A stretch of 64,000 nucleotides of DNA from an uncultured Methanosarcinales archaeon. Its GTDB lineage: Archaea; Nanobdellota; Nanobdellia; Woesearchaeales; 21-14-0-10-32-9. Under the pieces are notes generated by a model, which made no database searches, was not told where the DNA came from, and was given only the letters and a program-made list of their open reading frames with translations. The DNA is taken from contig CAZJQL010000001.1 in NCBI GenBank assembly GCA_964548665.1, positions 5,462-69,461 of the forward strand. Direction: 5' to 3'. A program made the position numbers and the translations under genes. Positions 1-9,982 of the stretch are shown piece by piece. The stretch's first letter is position 1. The number at the start of each line of letters is the position of its first letter.

Positions 1-1
1 C

Positions 2-316
2 ATCAGTAATTGTGTGATTAATCTTTCTCCTGATAAATCAAAAGTATTCAAAGAGTCACACAGAGTACTTAGGAATGGAGGGAAGATGTTTATCTCTGAC
101 ATGGTATTGTTAAAAGAATTATCTGAAATACATAAGAATGATCAGGATTTAATTTCAAGCTGTGTAGGTGGAGCTATTCTAAAAAAAGAATATCTTAAAC
201 TTATAAAAGAAGCAGGATTTGAAGTCAAAATATTGTCTGAAGACAAAGAAATAAGCGATAGACAATACAAAGGATTTCCAGTCGAGAGTATGAAAGTTGT
301 AGCTCACAAGAAATGA
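2..316 (+). CDS. arsM: Arsenite S-adenosylmethionine methyltransferase, C-terminal part (5' truncated by window)
   Basis: [25 protein letters not shown] motif and C-terminal CVGGA; ars cluster context. Confidence 0.8.
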   Translation: MSNCVINLSPDKSKVFKESHRVLRNGGKMFISDMVLLKELSEIHKNDQDLISSCVGGAILKKEYLKLIKEAGFEVKILSEDKEISDRQYKGFPVESMKVVAHKK

Positions 317-331
317 GGAGGATTGAGATTT

Positions 332-562
332 ATGAAAATCGAAATATTAGGAACGGGATGTCCAAAATGCAAGATGCTTGAAGAGAACACAAAGAAAGCA
401 TTGGCAGAATCAGGAAAAAAAGCAGACATAATCAAAGTGACAGAAATAGACAAGATCATTGAATACGGTGTGATGTCAACACCAGCCATTGTGATTGACG
501 GCGAAGTGAAGGCATACGGCAAAGTATCAACAACTGAAGAAATAAAGAAGTGGTTGAAATGA
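332..562 (+). CDS. Small thioredoxin-like redox protein (MTH895/TM0996 family)
   Basis: MKIEILGTGCPKC...YGVMSTPAIVIDG; GAGGAGG upstream. Confidence 0.85.
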   Translation: MKIEILGTGCPKCKMLEENTKKALAESGKKADIIKVTEIDKIIEYGVMSTPAIVIDGEVKAYGKVSTTEEIKKWLK

Positions 563-1020
563 GGAGATCATTAGTAATTATATCAATGGTTTTGCTTGCA
601 GTATTTATTGCAGGCTGCACAGGTCAGGCACAAACAGCAAGCACTACAGGAGACATCATAGCGAATACTGCAACAGCTGATGTTGAGAAAATTGAAGTAT
701 ACCATTTTCATGGAACAAACCAATGCTACTCATGCATCACCGTAGGTGATTATGCTGAAGAAACAATCAACACATATTTTGCTGAAGAACTAAAATCAGG
801 AAAGATAGTTTTTGGCCACATTAATGGAGAACTTGCAGAAAATAGAGAACTTGTCATGAAATATGGCGCAACAGGATCTTCACTATGGATTGGCACATAT
901 GCGAAAGATGGTAAGTTTTCAGCTGAACAAAATGTCAATGTGTGGTATAAGATAAACAATAAAGAAGATTATATGACTTACCTTAAAGGTGTCATAAACC
1001 AGAAACTTGTAGGTAACTAA
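559..1020 (+). CDS. Lipoprotein-like thioredoxin-fold protein (ArsF-like family)
   Basis: Signal peptide with IAGC lipobox-like motif, YHFHGTNQCYSC; ars context. Confidence 0.65.
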   Translation: MRRSLVIISMVLLAVFIAGCTGQAQTASTTGDIIANTATADVEKIEVYHFHGTNQCYSCITVGDYAEETINTYFAEELKSGKIVFGHINGELAENRELVMKYGATGSSLWIGTYAKDGKFSAEQNVNVWYKINNKEDYMTYLKGVINQKLVGN

Positions 1021-1021
1021 A

Positions 1022-1738
1022 ATGGATTTAATGGCATTCATGGAAGCAATGGGAACAAGCAACATTCCTCTGCTTGCAGCATTTTTCATAGGGTTGATGA
1101 CTGCTATAAGTCCCTGCCCATTAGCAACTAATATCACAGCAATAGCTTACGCTTCCAAAAAAATAGATAACAGCAAACATACAACCATTGTGAGTTTGCT
1201 TTATACTCTTGGAAGAATGTTCACATACGTTGCAATAGCATCACTTATTGTCTGGTTTGGCGTGAATGTCCAATCAATATCCTTATTTCTGCAAAAATAT
1301 GGAGAAAGAATTCTCGGACCAGTACTTATAATTATCGGAGTAATAATGCTCGATATCATTAAGATTAATCTATTCAAGTCGAATGCAAAACTTGACTCGT
1401 TAAAAGAGAAGCTTGCAAAGAAAGGATTTCTCGGAGCATTCCTTTTAGGCGTGATTTTTGCTTTAGCATTCTGCCCTTTTAGCGGAGTATTATTTTTTGG
1501 AATGCTCATACCATTGGCAATTAATGCAGGAGATGGACTATTAATTCCATCAGTATTTGCCTTAGCAACAGGTCTTCCAGTCATCATATTATCTCTTATC
1601 TTAGTTTATAGTGTTTCAAAACTTGGAACAATAATGAACAAGATCCAGACCTTTGAAAAATGGATGAGAAAAATAGTCGCAGTGACCTTCATAATTGTAG
1701 GAATTTATTATACAGGAATATTCCTGTTCGGATGGTGA
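1022..1738 (+). CDS. CcdA/DsbD-like membrane protein (ArsG-like permease family)
   Basis: Multi-TM, ISPCPLATN and AFCP cysteine motifs. Confidence 0.75.
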   Translation: MDLMAFMEAMGTSNIPLLAAFFIGLMTAISPCPLATNITAIAYASKKIDNSKHTTIVSLLYTLGRMFTYVAIASLIVWFGVNVQSISLFLQKYGERILGPVLIIIGVIMLDIIKINLFKSNAKLDSLKEKLAKKGFLGAFLLGVIFALAFCPFSGVLFFGMLIPLAINAGDGLLIPSVFALATGLPVIILSLILVYSVSKLGTIMNKIQTFEKWMRKIVAVTFIIVGIYYTGIFLFGW

Positions 1739-1744
1739 TTAAAT

Positions 1745-2860
1745 ATGGAAAAGAAAGACTGGACAATACTATCAATAATAATCGCTGTATTTTCAATATT
1801 TTATTTCATACCTTACAATAGCACATGGTTTAATAATTCAGTAATCAGCGGAGTAAACCTTCTTAATGATTATGCAAAACAGCATGTACTAACTTGTCTT
1901 ATCCCTGCATTATTCATTGCAGGAGCGATTATTGTATTCATTCAAAAAGACAAAGTTCTGAAATTTCTTGGACCTGGCGCTAAAAAATATGTATCATATA
2001 GTATTGCATCAGTTTCAGGAGCAATTCTCGCTGTCTGTTCATGCACTATACTTCCATTATTTGCAGGAATAAGGAAAAGAGGAGCAGGACTCGGTCCAGC
2101 AATCACTTTCTTGTTTGCAGGGCCAGCAATCAATATCGCTGCAATATTTCTCACGATGAGTGTGTTAGGATATGAGATGGGGCTTGCACGAATGATAGCT
2201 GCAATAACAATATCTATTCTTGTCGGCGTTACTATGGCTCTTATTTTCCGAGAACAAGTAGAAAAAGGAACATTCTTATCAGAAGAGGCAGATAAATTAA
2301 AACTCTCAAATCTTGTAATAGTAACATTCTTTATTATGATGATTGGTGTTTTGGTAGTTAATGGACTTCAAATTGATAAATTACTCAAATACTCATTAAT
2401 GGGATTATTAACTCTATCAACAGTTATCCTCGTATGGCTTAAATTCGGCAAGGAATTAATCGGCAAATGGATGGAAGAAACATGGACATTCTCAAAAACA
2501 ATACTTCCTTTATTGTTTGCAGGAGTGTTTGTTGCAGGATTCATAATGCCATTACTTCCAGAAACATTGATTACAAATCTTGTCGGACAAAATACGATCT
2601 TAGGAAACCTCATCGCATCAATATTTGGAGCATTCATGTACTTTTCAACATTGACAGAGATTCCTATTGTTCAGGCATTGATTGCTAAGGGAATGGCTTC
2701 AGGACCAGCTCTTGCATTGCTATTAGCAGGACCTTCATTAAGTCTGCCAAATATGCTCGTAATAAGAAAAGTATTGGGGACATCAAAAACAGCAGTATAT
2801 GTCGGACTCGTAATAGTTTATTCGACGGTTGTAGGATTGATATTTGGGATGATTGTCTGA
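1745..2860 (+). CDS. ArsP/DUF318-family permease
   Basis: Multi-TM, HVLTCLIPA, AVCSCT, FLFAGPAIN motifs. Confidence 0.8.
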   Translation: MEKKDWTILSIIIAVFSIFYFIPYNSTWFNNSVISGVNLLNDYAKQHVLTCLIPALFIAGAIIVFIQKDKVLKFLGPGAKKYVSYSIASVSGAILAVCSCTILPLFAGIRKRGAGLGPAITFLFAGPAINIAAIFLTMSVLGYEMGLARMIAAITISILVGVTMALIFREQVEKGTFLSEEADKLKLSNLVIVTFFIMMIGVLVVNGLQIDKLLKYSLMGLLTLSTVILVWLKFGKELIGKWMEETWTFSKTILPLLFAGVFVAGFIMPLLPETLITNLVGQNTILGNLIASIFGAFMYFSTLTEIPIVQALIAKGMASGPALALLLAGPSLSLPNMLVIRKVLGTSKTAVYVGLVIVYSTVVGLIFGMIV

Positions 2861-2978
2861 TATTCACGAATCTAGCCATTGCAAAGGCTACGTTGTTCTA
2901 CGAGGGTGTTTAAATAGGTATTTGAGCATCCATCGACGTGAACATAGGAGGTAATACCAAATGGCAAAGAAAGCAGAC
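2861..2978 (+). repeat. 118-bp direct repeat copy 1 (promoter/palindrome/SD plus MAKKAD start)
   Basis: Manual ungapped alignment to 12997..13114 gives about 107/118 identities. Confidence 0.9.
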
Positions 2979-3116
2979 GCTTCTATACAAGTGAATCATC
3001 TTGCATATCAAAATCATTCTCTTGCTGAAATATTCAAAGAGTTTGGAAAGCAAATTTTGGAAATGAGTATAAATAAAGAAAATCTCAATCTTGTCCTTTT
3101 CATATCAAGAAAATAA
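2961..3116 (+). pseudogene. 51-aa ORF sharing only MAKKAD with the HARE-HTH gene at 13097; probable remnant or chimera
   Basis: Same SD and first 6 codons as 13097 ORF, then unrelated sequence. Confidence 0.4.
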
Positions 3117-3174
3117 TCCTTAAAAAATTGGTTTATTGAAAAGATTAAATCTAAATTAAAAAATAAATAAAAAA

Positions 3175-4788
<1,614 letters not shown>

Positions 4789-4799
4789 TTTGCTTCACC

Positions 4800-5072
4800 T
4801 CACTCAATTTTTGCGAGAATATCTTTATAGTCTACAAAAATGTGTTTCTTGCCGTCAATTTCAATATCTTCAGAACTGTATCCGCCATATAGCACCTTGT
4901 CTCCTGGCTTTAAAGGCAACTCTTTTCCATCTTTAAAATGTCCCGCAGCTATTACTTCTCCCTCTTTTCGTTCTTCTTTTGCAGATTCTGGAATATAGAT
5001 TCCTCCTGCTGTTTTTTCTTCTTTCTTGTGCTGCTTGATAAGCACTCTTTCACCTAATGGTTTGATTTTCAT
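4800..5072 (-). CDS. groES: Co-chaperonin GroES
   Basis: MKIKPLGERVLI, TAGGIYIP mobile loop. Confidence 0.97.
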   Translation of the reverse strand: MKIKPLGERVLIKQHKKEEKTAGGIYIPESAKEERKEGEVIAAGHFKDGKELPLKPGDKVLYGGYSSEDIEIDGKKHIFVDYKDILAKIE

Positions 5073-5089
5073 TTTTCATACCTCCTGTT

Positions 5090-5443
5090 TCAATTTTGAA
5101 TTTCAATTTTTCGATTAAAAGCAGTTCTTAGCTCTTTTAGTTTTTTAATAGGCATATTGTTGAATGTTTTTAGCATTGCTTTTTCTAATTTTGGATGTTG
5201 GGCTCTACCCAAATAAGATAGTGCATAAAGTCCTACACTTACTGAACAGATTAAATAAAATACTGTGAATAATTTTGTAATATTATTTGTTGGATGTAAA
5301 TCACCGTAACCTACAGTGGTCATTATGGTTGTTGAAAAATATAATGAATCTACAACGCTCCAATTTTCATAGTGATGATAAAATATTGTTCCTGTTCCAA
5401 TCAAGGTTAATACTATTATAAATGAAATTCCTAACTTGTTCAT
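5090..5443 (-). CDS. Minimal 2-TM potassium channel
   Basis: TMTTVGYGD selectivity filter between two TM helices. Confidence 0.9.
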   Translation of the reverse strand: MNKLGISFIIVLTLIGTGTIFYHHYENWSVVDSLYFSTTIMTTVGYGDLHPTNNITKLFTVFYLICSVSVGLYALSYLGRAQHPKLEKAMLKTFNNMPIKKLKELRTAFNRKIEIQN

Positions 5444-5492
5444 ATTAACTCTCACCTTTTGATTATATTAAAATATTAAAAAAATAATACAA

Positions 5493-5609
5493 TCAGACCA
5501 TAAAGTCTGTGTTAAATACATGCAGCTGTCTTTCGTCTATTTCCCGTGGAGATAGTTCGTCTACTTCTTCTGATGTTAGTAGACGACCATCTTTGTCTTC
5601 AAACATCAT
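5493..5609 (-). CDS. Small acidic protein, 38 aa (MMFEDKDGRLLTSEEVDELSPREIDERQLHVFNTDFMV)
   Basis: Read manually; GGAGGTGA SD 5 nt upstream of ATG; lies between hsp20 and the K+ channel gene. Confidence 0.6.
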   Translation of the reverse strand: MMFEDKDGRLLTSEEVDELSPREIDERQLHVFNTDFMV

Positions 5610-5633
5610 AGACTTCACCTCCTACTTTTTTGT

Positions 5634-6131
5634 TTATTTCACATCAATCAGCTTTCTTTTTGATTCTTCTATCTTTAGTTTAGGTATTGTGACTTTCAGA
5701 ACGCCGTCTTTGTATTCTGCATTTGCTTTGTCAGCATTGACGTTGCTTGGCAGGCTGAAGTGCCTATAAAATCCAGAGTAGTTTCTTTCAAACCTGTACA
5801 TCCCTTTTTTCTTGTCTTCATGCTTTACTTCGGCTTTTGTTTCGGCTTTAATCTCTATTCCATCTTTATCTACATGGACTTGGATGTCTTTTCTATCAAT
5901 TCCAGGTATCTCAACTTCGGCAATAACTTCTTTATCTGTTTCATAAATATCAGAAAGCGGTTGTTTATATGAACTTGTTACTAGTTCTCCTTTTTTACCT
6001 GCACTTGGACCTTCTAGCAACATTTGATTTCTATCAATAAATGGATCGTTTGCAAAAAAATTCTCAAACATATTATCCATTTGTTCTTGCATTCTTCTCA
6101 TTTCGTCAAAAATAGTGTATCTTTGTCTCAT
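5634..6131 (-). CDS. Small heat shock protein Hsp20
   Basis: Alpha-crystallin domain, AEYKDGVLKVTIPK, C-terminal IDV motif. Confidence 0.95.
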   Translation of the reverse strand: MRQRYTIFDEMRRMQEQMDNMFENFFANDPFIDRNQMLLEGPSAGKKGELVTSSYKQPLSDIYETDKEVIAEVEIPGIDRKDIQVHVDKDGIEIKAETKAEVKHEDKKKGMYRFERNYSGFYRHFSLPSNVNADKANAEYKDGVLKVTIPKLKIEESKRKLIDVK

Positions 6132-6306
6132 TTTCTGGCACCTCCAGGTTTTAATTTAATTTGCCCTTGTTGATTTAAGGTAGACGATGGAAAAGTTTAA
6201 CTAATATTTAAAATTTACGAATTTTAATTAGTTTTAATTATTTAGATTTAAATGATGTCATTAATTTTTAGTAATATTTAAATATAACAACAATAATCTA
6301 ATCAGC

Positions 6307-6714
6307 ATGGCACAACAAATAATCCTTAGAGAACTACAAAAACCACAAGAAATCAATTTATCGCAAGATATAGACTGGCTTGGAGAAAGCTTTGGATTCT
6401 CAGCAAGTAGAGATACAGATAGGATAACCGCTAAACTACTCCAAAACCTCTTAGAAGACATAGGTAGAGATGGATCAACAAGTACAGAAAAATTATCAAA
6501 CAATATGGACATAGAAATTCAAAGAGTGAACTATCATCTAAGAACACTTGTTAATTCAGGATTTATCTGCAGGGAAAAACGCCTAATAGTTTTAAGACAG
6601 GGGAGTGTAAAAGCAGCTGTTGAAGAAATGCGAAAAGACGCAAACAGGATGTTTGATAATCTCTCTGTAATTGCTGAAGAAATAGACAAAAATTTAGGTT
6701 TAAAAAACCGTTAA
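6307..6714 (+). CDS. Winged-helix (ArsR-like) transcriptional regulator, divergent from hsp20
   Basis: STEKLSNNMDIEIQRVNYHLRTLVNSGFI HTH pattern. Confidence 0.7.
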   Translation: MAQQIILRELQKPQEINLSQDIDWLGESFGFSASRDTDRITAKLLQNLLEDIGRDGSTSTEKLSNNMDIEIQRVNYHLRTLVNSGFICREKRLIVLRQGSVKAAVEEMRKDANRMFDNLSVIAEEIDKNLGLKNR

Positions 6715-6772
6715 AAATTTCTCTCCAAAGCAAAGAACAACACGATACTTAGGAGAATGCGAGGTGTGAAGA

Positions 6773-7759
6773 ATGAACAAAGAAATTCAGGAATTGAATG
6801 CTGTTGCAGAGAAATACTCTGAGAAAATAAATAAAGTGCATTCTGAAATAAGCAAAGTAATCGTGGGGCAAGATGAAACAGTAGAAAAATTACTAATTGC
6901 ATTAATATCCAATGGCCATGTTCTTATTGAAGGAGTCCCAGGGCTAGCAAAAACGTTAATGGTAAAAACACTCTCAGAATGCCTAGATTGCGGATTTGTT
7001 AGACTTCAATTCACACCAGATCTTTTGCCAGCAGATATCACAGGAACAAAAATTTATGACCATAAAAATAGTATCTTTAAAACGGTGCAAGGACCGATAT
7101 TTACAAACTTTGTATTGACAGATGAAATAAACAGGGCACCACCAAAAGTACAGTCAGCACTCCTTGAAGCAATGCAGGAAAAGCAAGTAAGCATACAAGG
7201 AGAAACAATACAACTCCCAAAACCATTCATGGTCTTAGCAACACAAAACCCAATCGAAAGTGAAGGAACCTATAAGCTCCCAGAAGCACAAGTAGATAGA
7301 TTCATGTTCAAACTCTTAATAAAATATCCAGAAAAAAATGATGAAATAGAAATTATCGAGAGATTCACAGAAGGGATGATAATAAACGTATCAAAAATAC
7401 TTTCATCAAAACAAATTATAGAGATGCAGGAATTCAATCAAAAGATCTATGCTGATAAGAAAATTAAGGAATATGTTGCTGAGATAGTTGATGCAACAAG
7501 ACATCCAGAAAAATATAAACTAGATATTAATGGCTACATAGAATACGGAGCATCACCAAGAGCATCACTTTGGCTTATTCTTGCATCAAAAGCCCACGCA
7601 ATGATCAATGGCAGGGGATATGTAAAGCCAGAAGATGTAAAAGCTATAGCACATGATGTGTTGAGGCACAGAGTTTTGTTAACCTATGAAGCTGAGGCAG
7701 AACAAAAAACAAGCGATGAAATCATAACTAAGATACTTAATAAGATCAAAGTTCCATAA
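6773..7759 (+). CDS. moxR: MoxR-family AAA+ ATPase
   Basis: GVPGLAKT, FTPDLLPAD, DEINRAPPKVQSALLEAM. Confidence 0.95.
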   Translation: MNKEIQELNAVAEKYSEKINKVHSEISKVIVGQDETVEKLLIALISNGHVLIEGVPGLAKTLMVKTLSECLDCGFVRLQFTPDLLPADITGTKIYDHKNSIFKTVQGPIFTNFVLTDEINRAPPKVQSALLEAMQEKQVSIQGETIQLPKPFMVLATQNPIESEGTYKLPEAQVDRFMFKLLIKYPEKNDEIEIIERFTEGMIINVSKILSSKQIIEMQEFNQKIYADKKIKEYVAEIVDATRHPEKYKLDINGYIEYGASPRASLWLILASKAHAMINGRGYVKPEDVKAIAHDVLRHRVLLTYEAEAEQKTSDEIITKILNKIKVP

Positions 7760-7769
7760 GGTGGTTTTT

Positions 7770-8138
7770 ATGGATGAAGAGAAAATGCACGAAGCGCAGT
7801 TTATGCAGCTTGTGATGAGCATGCAAAGCTCTGCGTGGATGATGCTGGGAAAAACAATCAATCCTATCTCAGGGACAATAGAAAAAAATCTTGAAGTGGC
7901 AAAATCAATCATTGACACTTTGCAGATGTTAAAAGCAAAGACCAAAGGCAACCTTTCAAAAACAGAAGATGCCTTCTTGTCAAATACAATACAACAACTG
8001 CAAATAAATTTTGTTGAAGAAATGAATAATTCTGAGAAAGAAAGACCAAAAGAAGAGCAAAAACAAGATGTGGTTGAACAGAATAAAAAAGAGCAAAAAA
8101 AATCCGAAGAATCATCACAAACAATAGCTTCAAAATAA
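7770..8138 (+). CDS. DUF1844-like protein
   Basis: LGK..NP..G....NLEVAK..IDTL.ML..KTKGNL pattern. Confidence 0.75.
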   Translation: MDEEKMHEAQFMQLVMSMQSSAWMMLGKTINPISGTIEKNLEVAKSIIDTLQMLKAKTKGNLSKTEDAFLSNTIQQLQINFVEEMNNSEKERPKEEQKQDVVEQNKKEQKKSEESSQTIASK

Positions 8139-8147
8139 GTGATTACT

Positions 8148-9029
8148 ATGCTAGAAACAAAAGAGGTGCTAAGACAGGTTAAAAAGATAGAGATAGCTAC
8201 AAAACACTTAGTTGATGGAATTATTGCTGGAAACTATCATTCAATTTTCAGAGGGCAAGGGATAGAATTCTCAGAAATAAGGGATTACAAGCCAGGCGAT
8301 GATATTAGAGCAATAGATTGGAAGGTTACAGCAAGATTTAATCACCCATATATCAAAGAATTTATTGAGGAGAGGGATTTGCAGGCATACTTTGTGTTTG
8401 ATTATTCTGCATCAGGGAGCTTTGGAAATCTAGTTGAGAAGCGAAGAAAGGCAATAGAGCTAACGGCAACACTAATGTTCTCAGCAATAAGGAATAATGA
8501 CAATGTAGGATTATTCATATTTACAGATGGCGTTGAGAAGTTTATTCCAGCAAGAAAAGGAAGAAAGCATGTTCTTAAACTTATTAGCAGTTTAGTAATG
8601 CACGAAACTAAATCCAAAAATACTAATTTAAAAAATACGCTTTCAGTTGTGTCAAACATTGTCAAGAAGAGAAGCATAATGTTTATCATCTCAGATTTTT
8701 ATGGGCAGGAGTTTTCCAAAGAATTAAACATGCTTAAAAACAGGCACGATGTTATAGCAATACGAGTAAATGACTCAAGAGAAACAAATCTTCCTAATAT
8801 TGGGCTTATACAGCTCGAAGACGAAGAAACAGGAGAGCAGATCCTAATTGACACATCAGACAAAGAATTCAGAGAAAACTATTCAAAAATATTGAGAATT
8901 GAGAACCAGAGGCTCAACTCAATGTTTAAAAAATACGAGGTAGACTCAGTAAGCATAATTACAGATGAGCCTTATGAAATTCCTCTGAGAAGATTCTTTA
9001 GAACAAGACAGAAAAGGATGGTGACATAA
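8148..9029 (+). CDS. DUF58 protein (MoxR partner)
   Basis: GQGIEFSEIRDYKPGDDIRAIDWKVTAR. Confidence 0.92.
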   Translation: MLETKEVLRQVKKIEIATKHLVDGIIAGNYHSIFRGQGIEFSEIRDYKPGDDIRAIDWKVTARFNHPYIKEFIEERDLQAYFVFDYSASGSFGNLVEKRRKAIELTATLMFSAIRNNDNVGLFIFTDGVEKFIPARKGRKHVLKLISSLVMHETKSKNTNLKNTLSVVSNIVKKRSIMFIISDFYGQEFSKELNMLKNRHDVIAIRVNDSRETNLPNIGLIQLEDEETGEQILIDTSDKEFRENYSKILRIENQRLNSMFKKYEVDSVSIITDEPYEIPLRRFFRTRQKRMVT

Positions 9030-9031
9030 AA

Positions 9032-9982
9032 ATGGCTGGATTTGAAACACCATCAATACTTTTATTCTTGATAACAATCCCTTTATTGTTCTACATTTAC
9101 AAGAAGATTATTGCCAAGAAAAAGAAAGATGCAATCACATTCAGCAACATTGGATTCATAAAATCCGCTCTTGGTGATAAGAAAAAATCAAAAAGAAATG
9201 ACTTGCTATTCTTCTTATGTCTTCTAATAATAACATTAATGATTATTGGTTTTGCAAATCCACACATCCCTCTTAAACAGACTAGAGAAGGTGTTAATGT
9301 GATTTTAGTTCTTGACGTCTCTGGTAGTATGCAGGCAACAGATTATCAGCCTACAAGGCTTGAAGCTATGAAAAAATCTGCAGAAATACTAATCAAAGAT
9401 CTTAAAGAAAAAGATCATGTGGGTATAGTGACTTTTGAGTCTGGAGCAACTACTGCAGCATATCTAAGCCCGTACAAAGATAAAGTTATTGAAAAACTTC
9501 GAAGCATTTCTCCGCATCAAGGACAGACAGCAATAGGCGATGGGCTTGCAATGGGTGTGGATATGGCGACAAGCATTCCGAATAAGAAAAAAGTCATAAT
9601 CCTGCTCAGTGATGGAGTAAACAATGCAGGAGTAATAAGCCCTCAAGAAGCGATTGCATTTGCAAAAACAAACAACATACAAGTTCATACCATTGGAATG
9701 GGTTCAGAGGGACAAGTAATATTAGGATATGATTGGTTTGGAAGACCTCAATACGCAGAATTCGATGCGGAAACACTCAAAACAATAGCTAAAGAGACTG
9801 GTGGAAAATATTTTCAATCAGTAAATGATAAAACACTTGAAAATATCTATAAAAACTTAAGCAAAGAGATAAAAAGAGAGAAAGAAGAAACAAATATCAA
9901 AGAATATTTCTTCTTAGCAGCACTGATAACATTCATAATCTATCTATACTTAAGATATGGTGATAAGAGGATAATACAATGA
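9032..9982 (+). CDS. Membrane vWA-domain protein (BatA-like)
   Basis: N-terminal TMs, MIDAS DVSGS, TAIGDG, LSDGVNN. Confidence 0.9.
   Translation: MAGFETPSILLFLITIPLLFYIYKKIIAKKKKDAITFSNIGFIKSALGDKKKSKRNDLLFFLCLLIITLMIIGFANPHIPLKQTREGVNVILVLDVSGSMQATDYQPTRLEAMKKSAEILIKDLKEKDHVGIVTFESGATTAAYLSPYKDKVIEKLRSISPHQGQTAIGDGLAMGVDMATSIPNKKKVIILLSDGVNNAGVISPQEAIAFAKTNNIQVHTIGMGSEGQVILGYDWFGRPQYAEFDAETLKTIAKETGGKYFQSVNDKTLENIYKNLSKEIKREKEETNIKEYFFLAALITFIIYLYLRYGDKRIIQ

Noticed and set aside
2861..2978. Repeat as integron attC or CRISPR repeat
   Set aside because: Only two copies 10 kb apart, no RYYYAAC...GTTRRRY arrangement, no integrase or cas genes in the window
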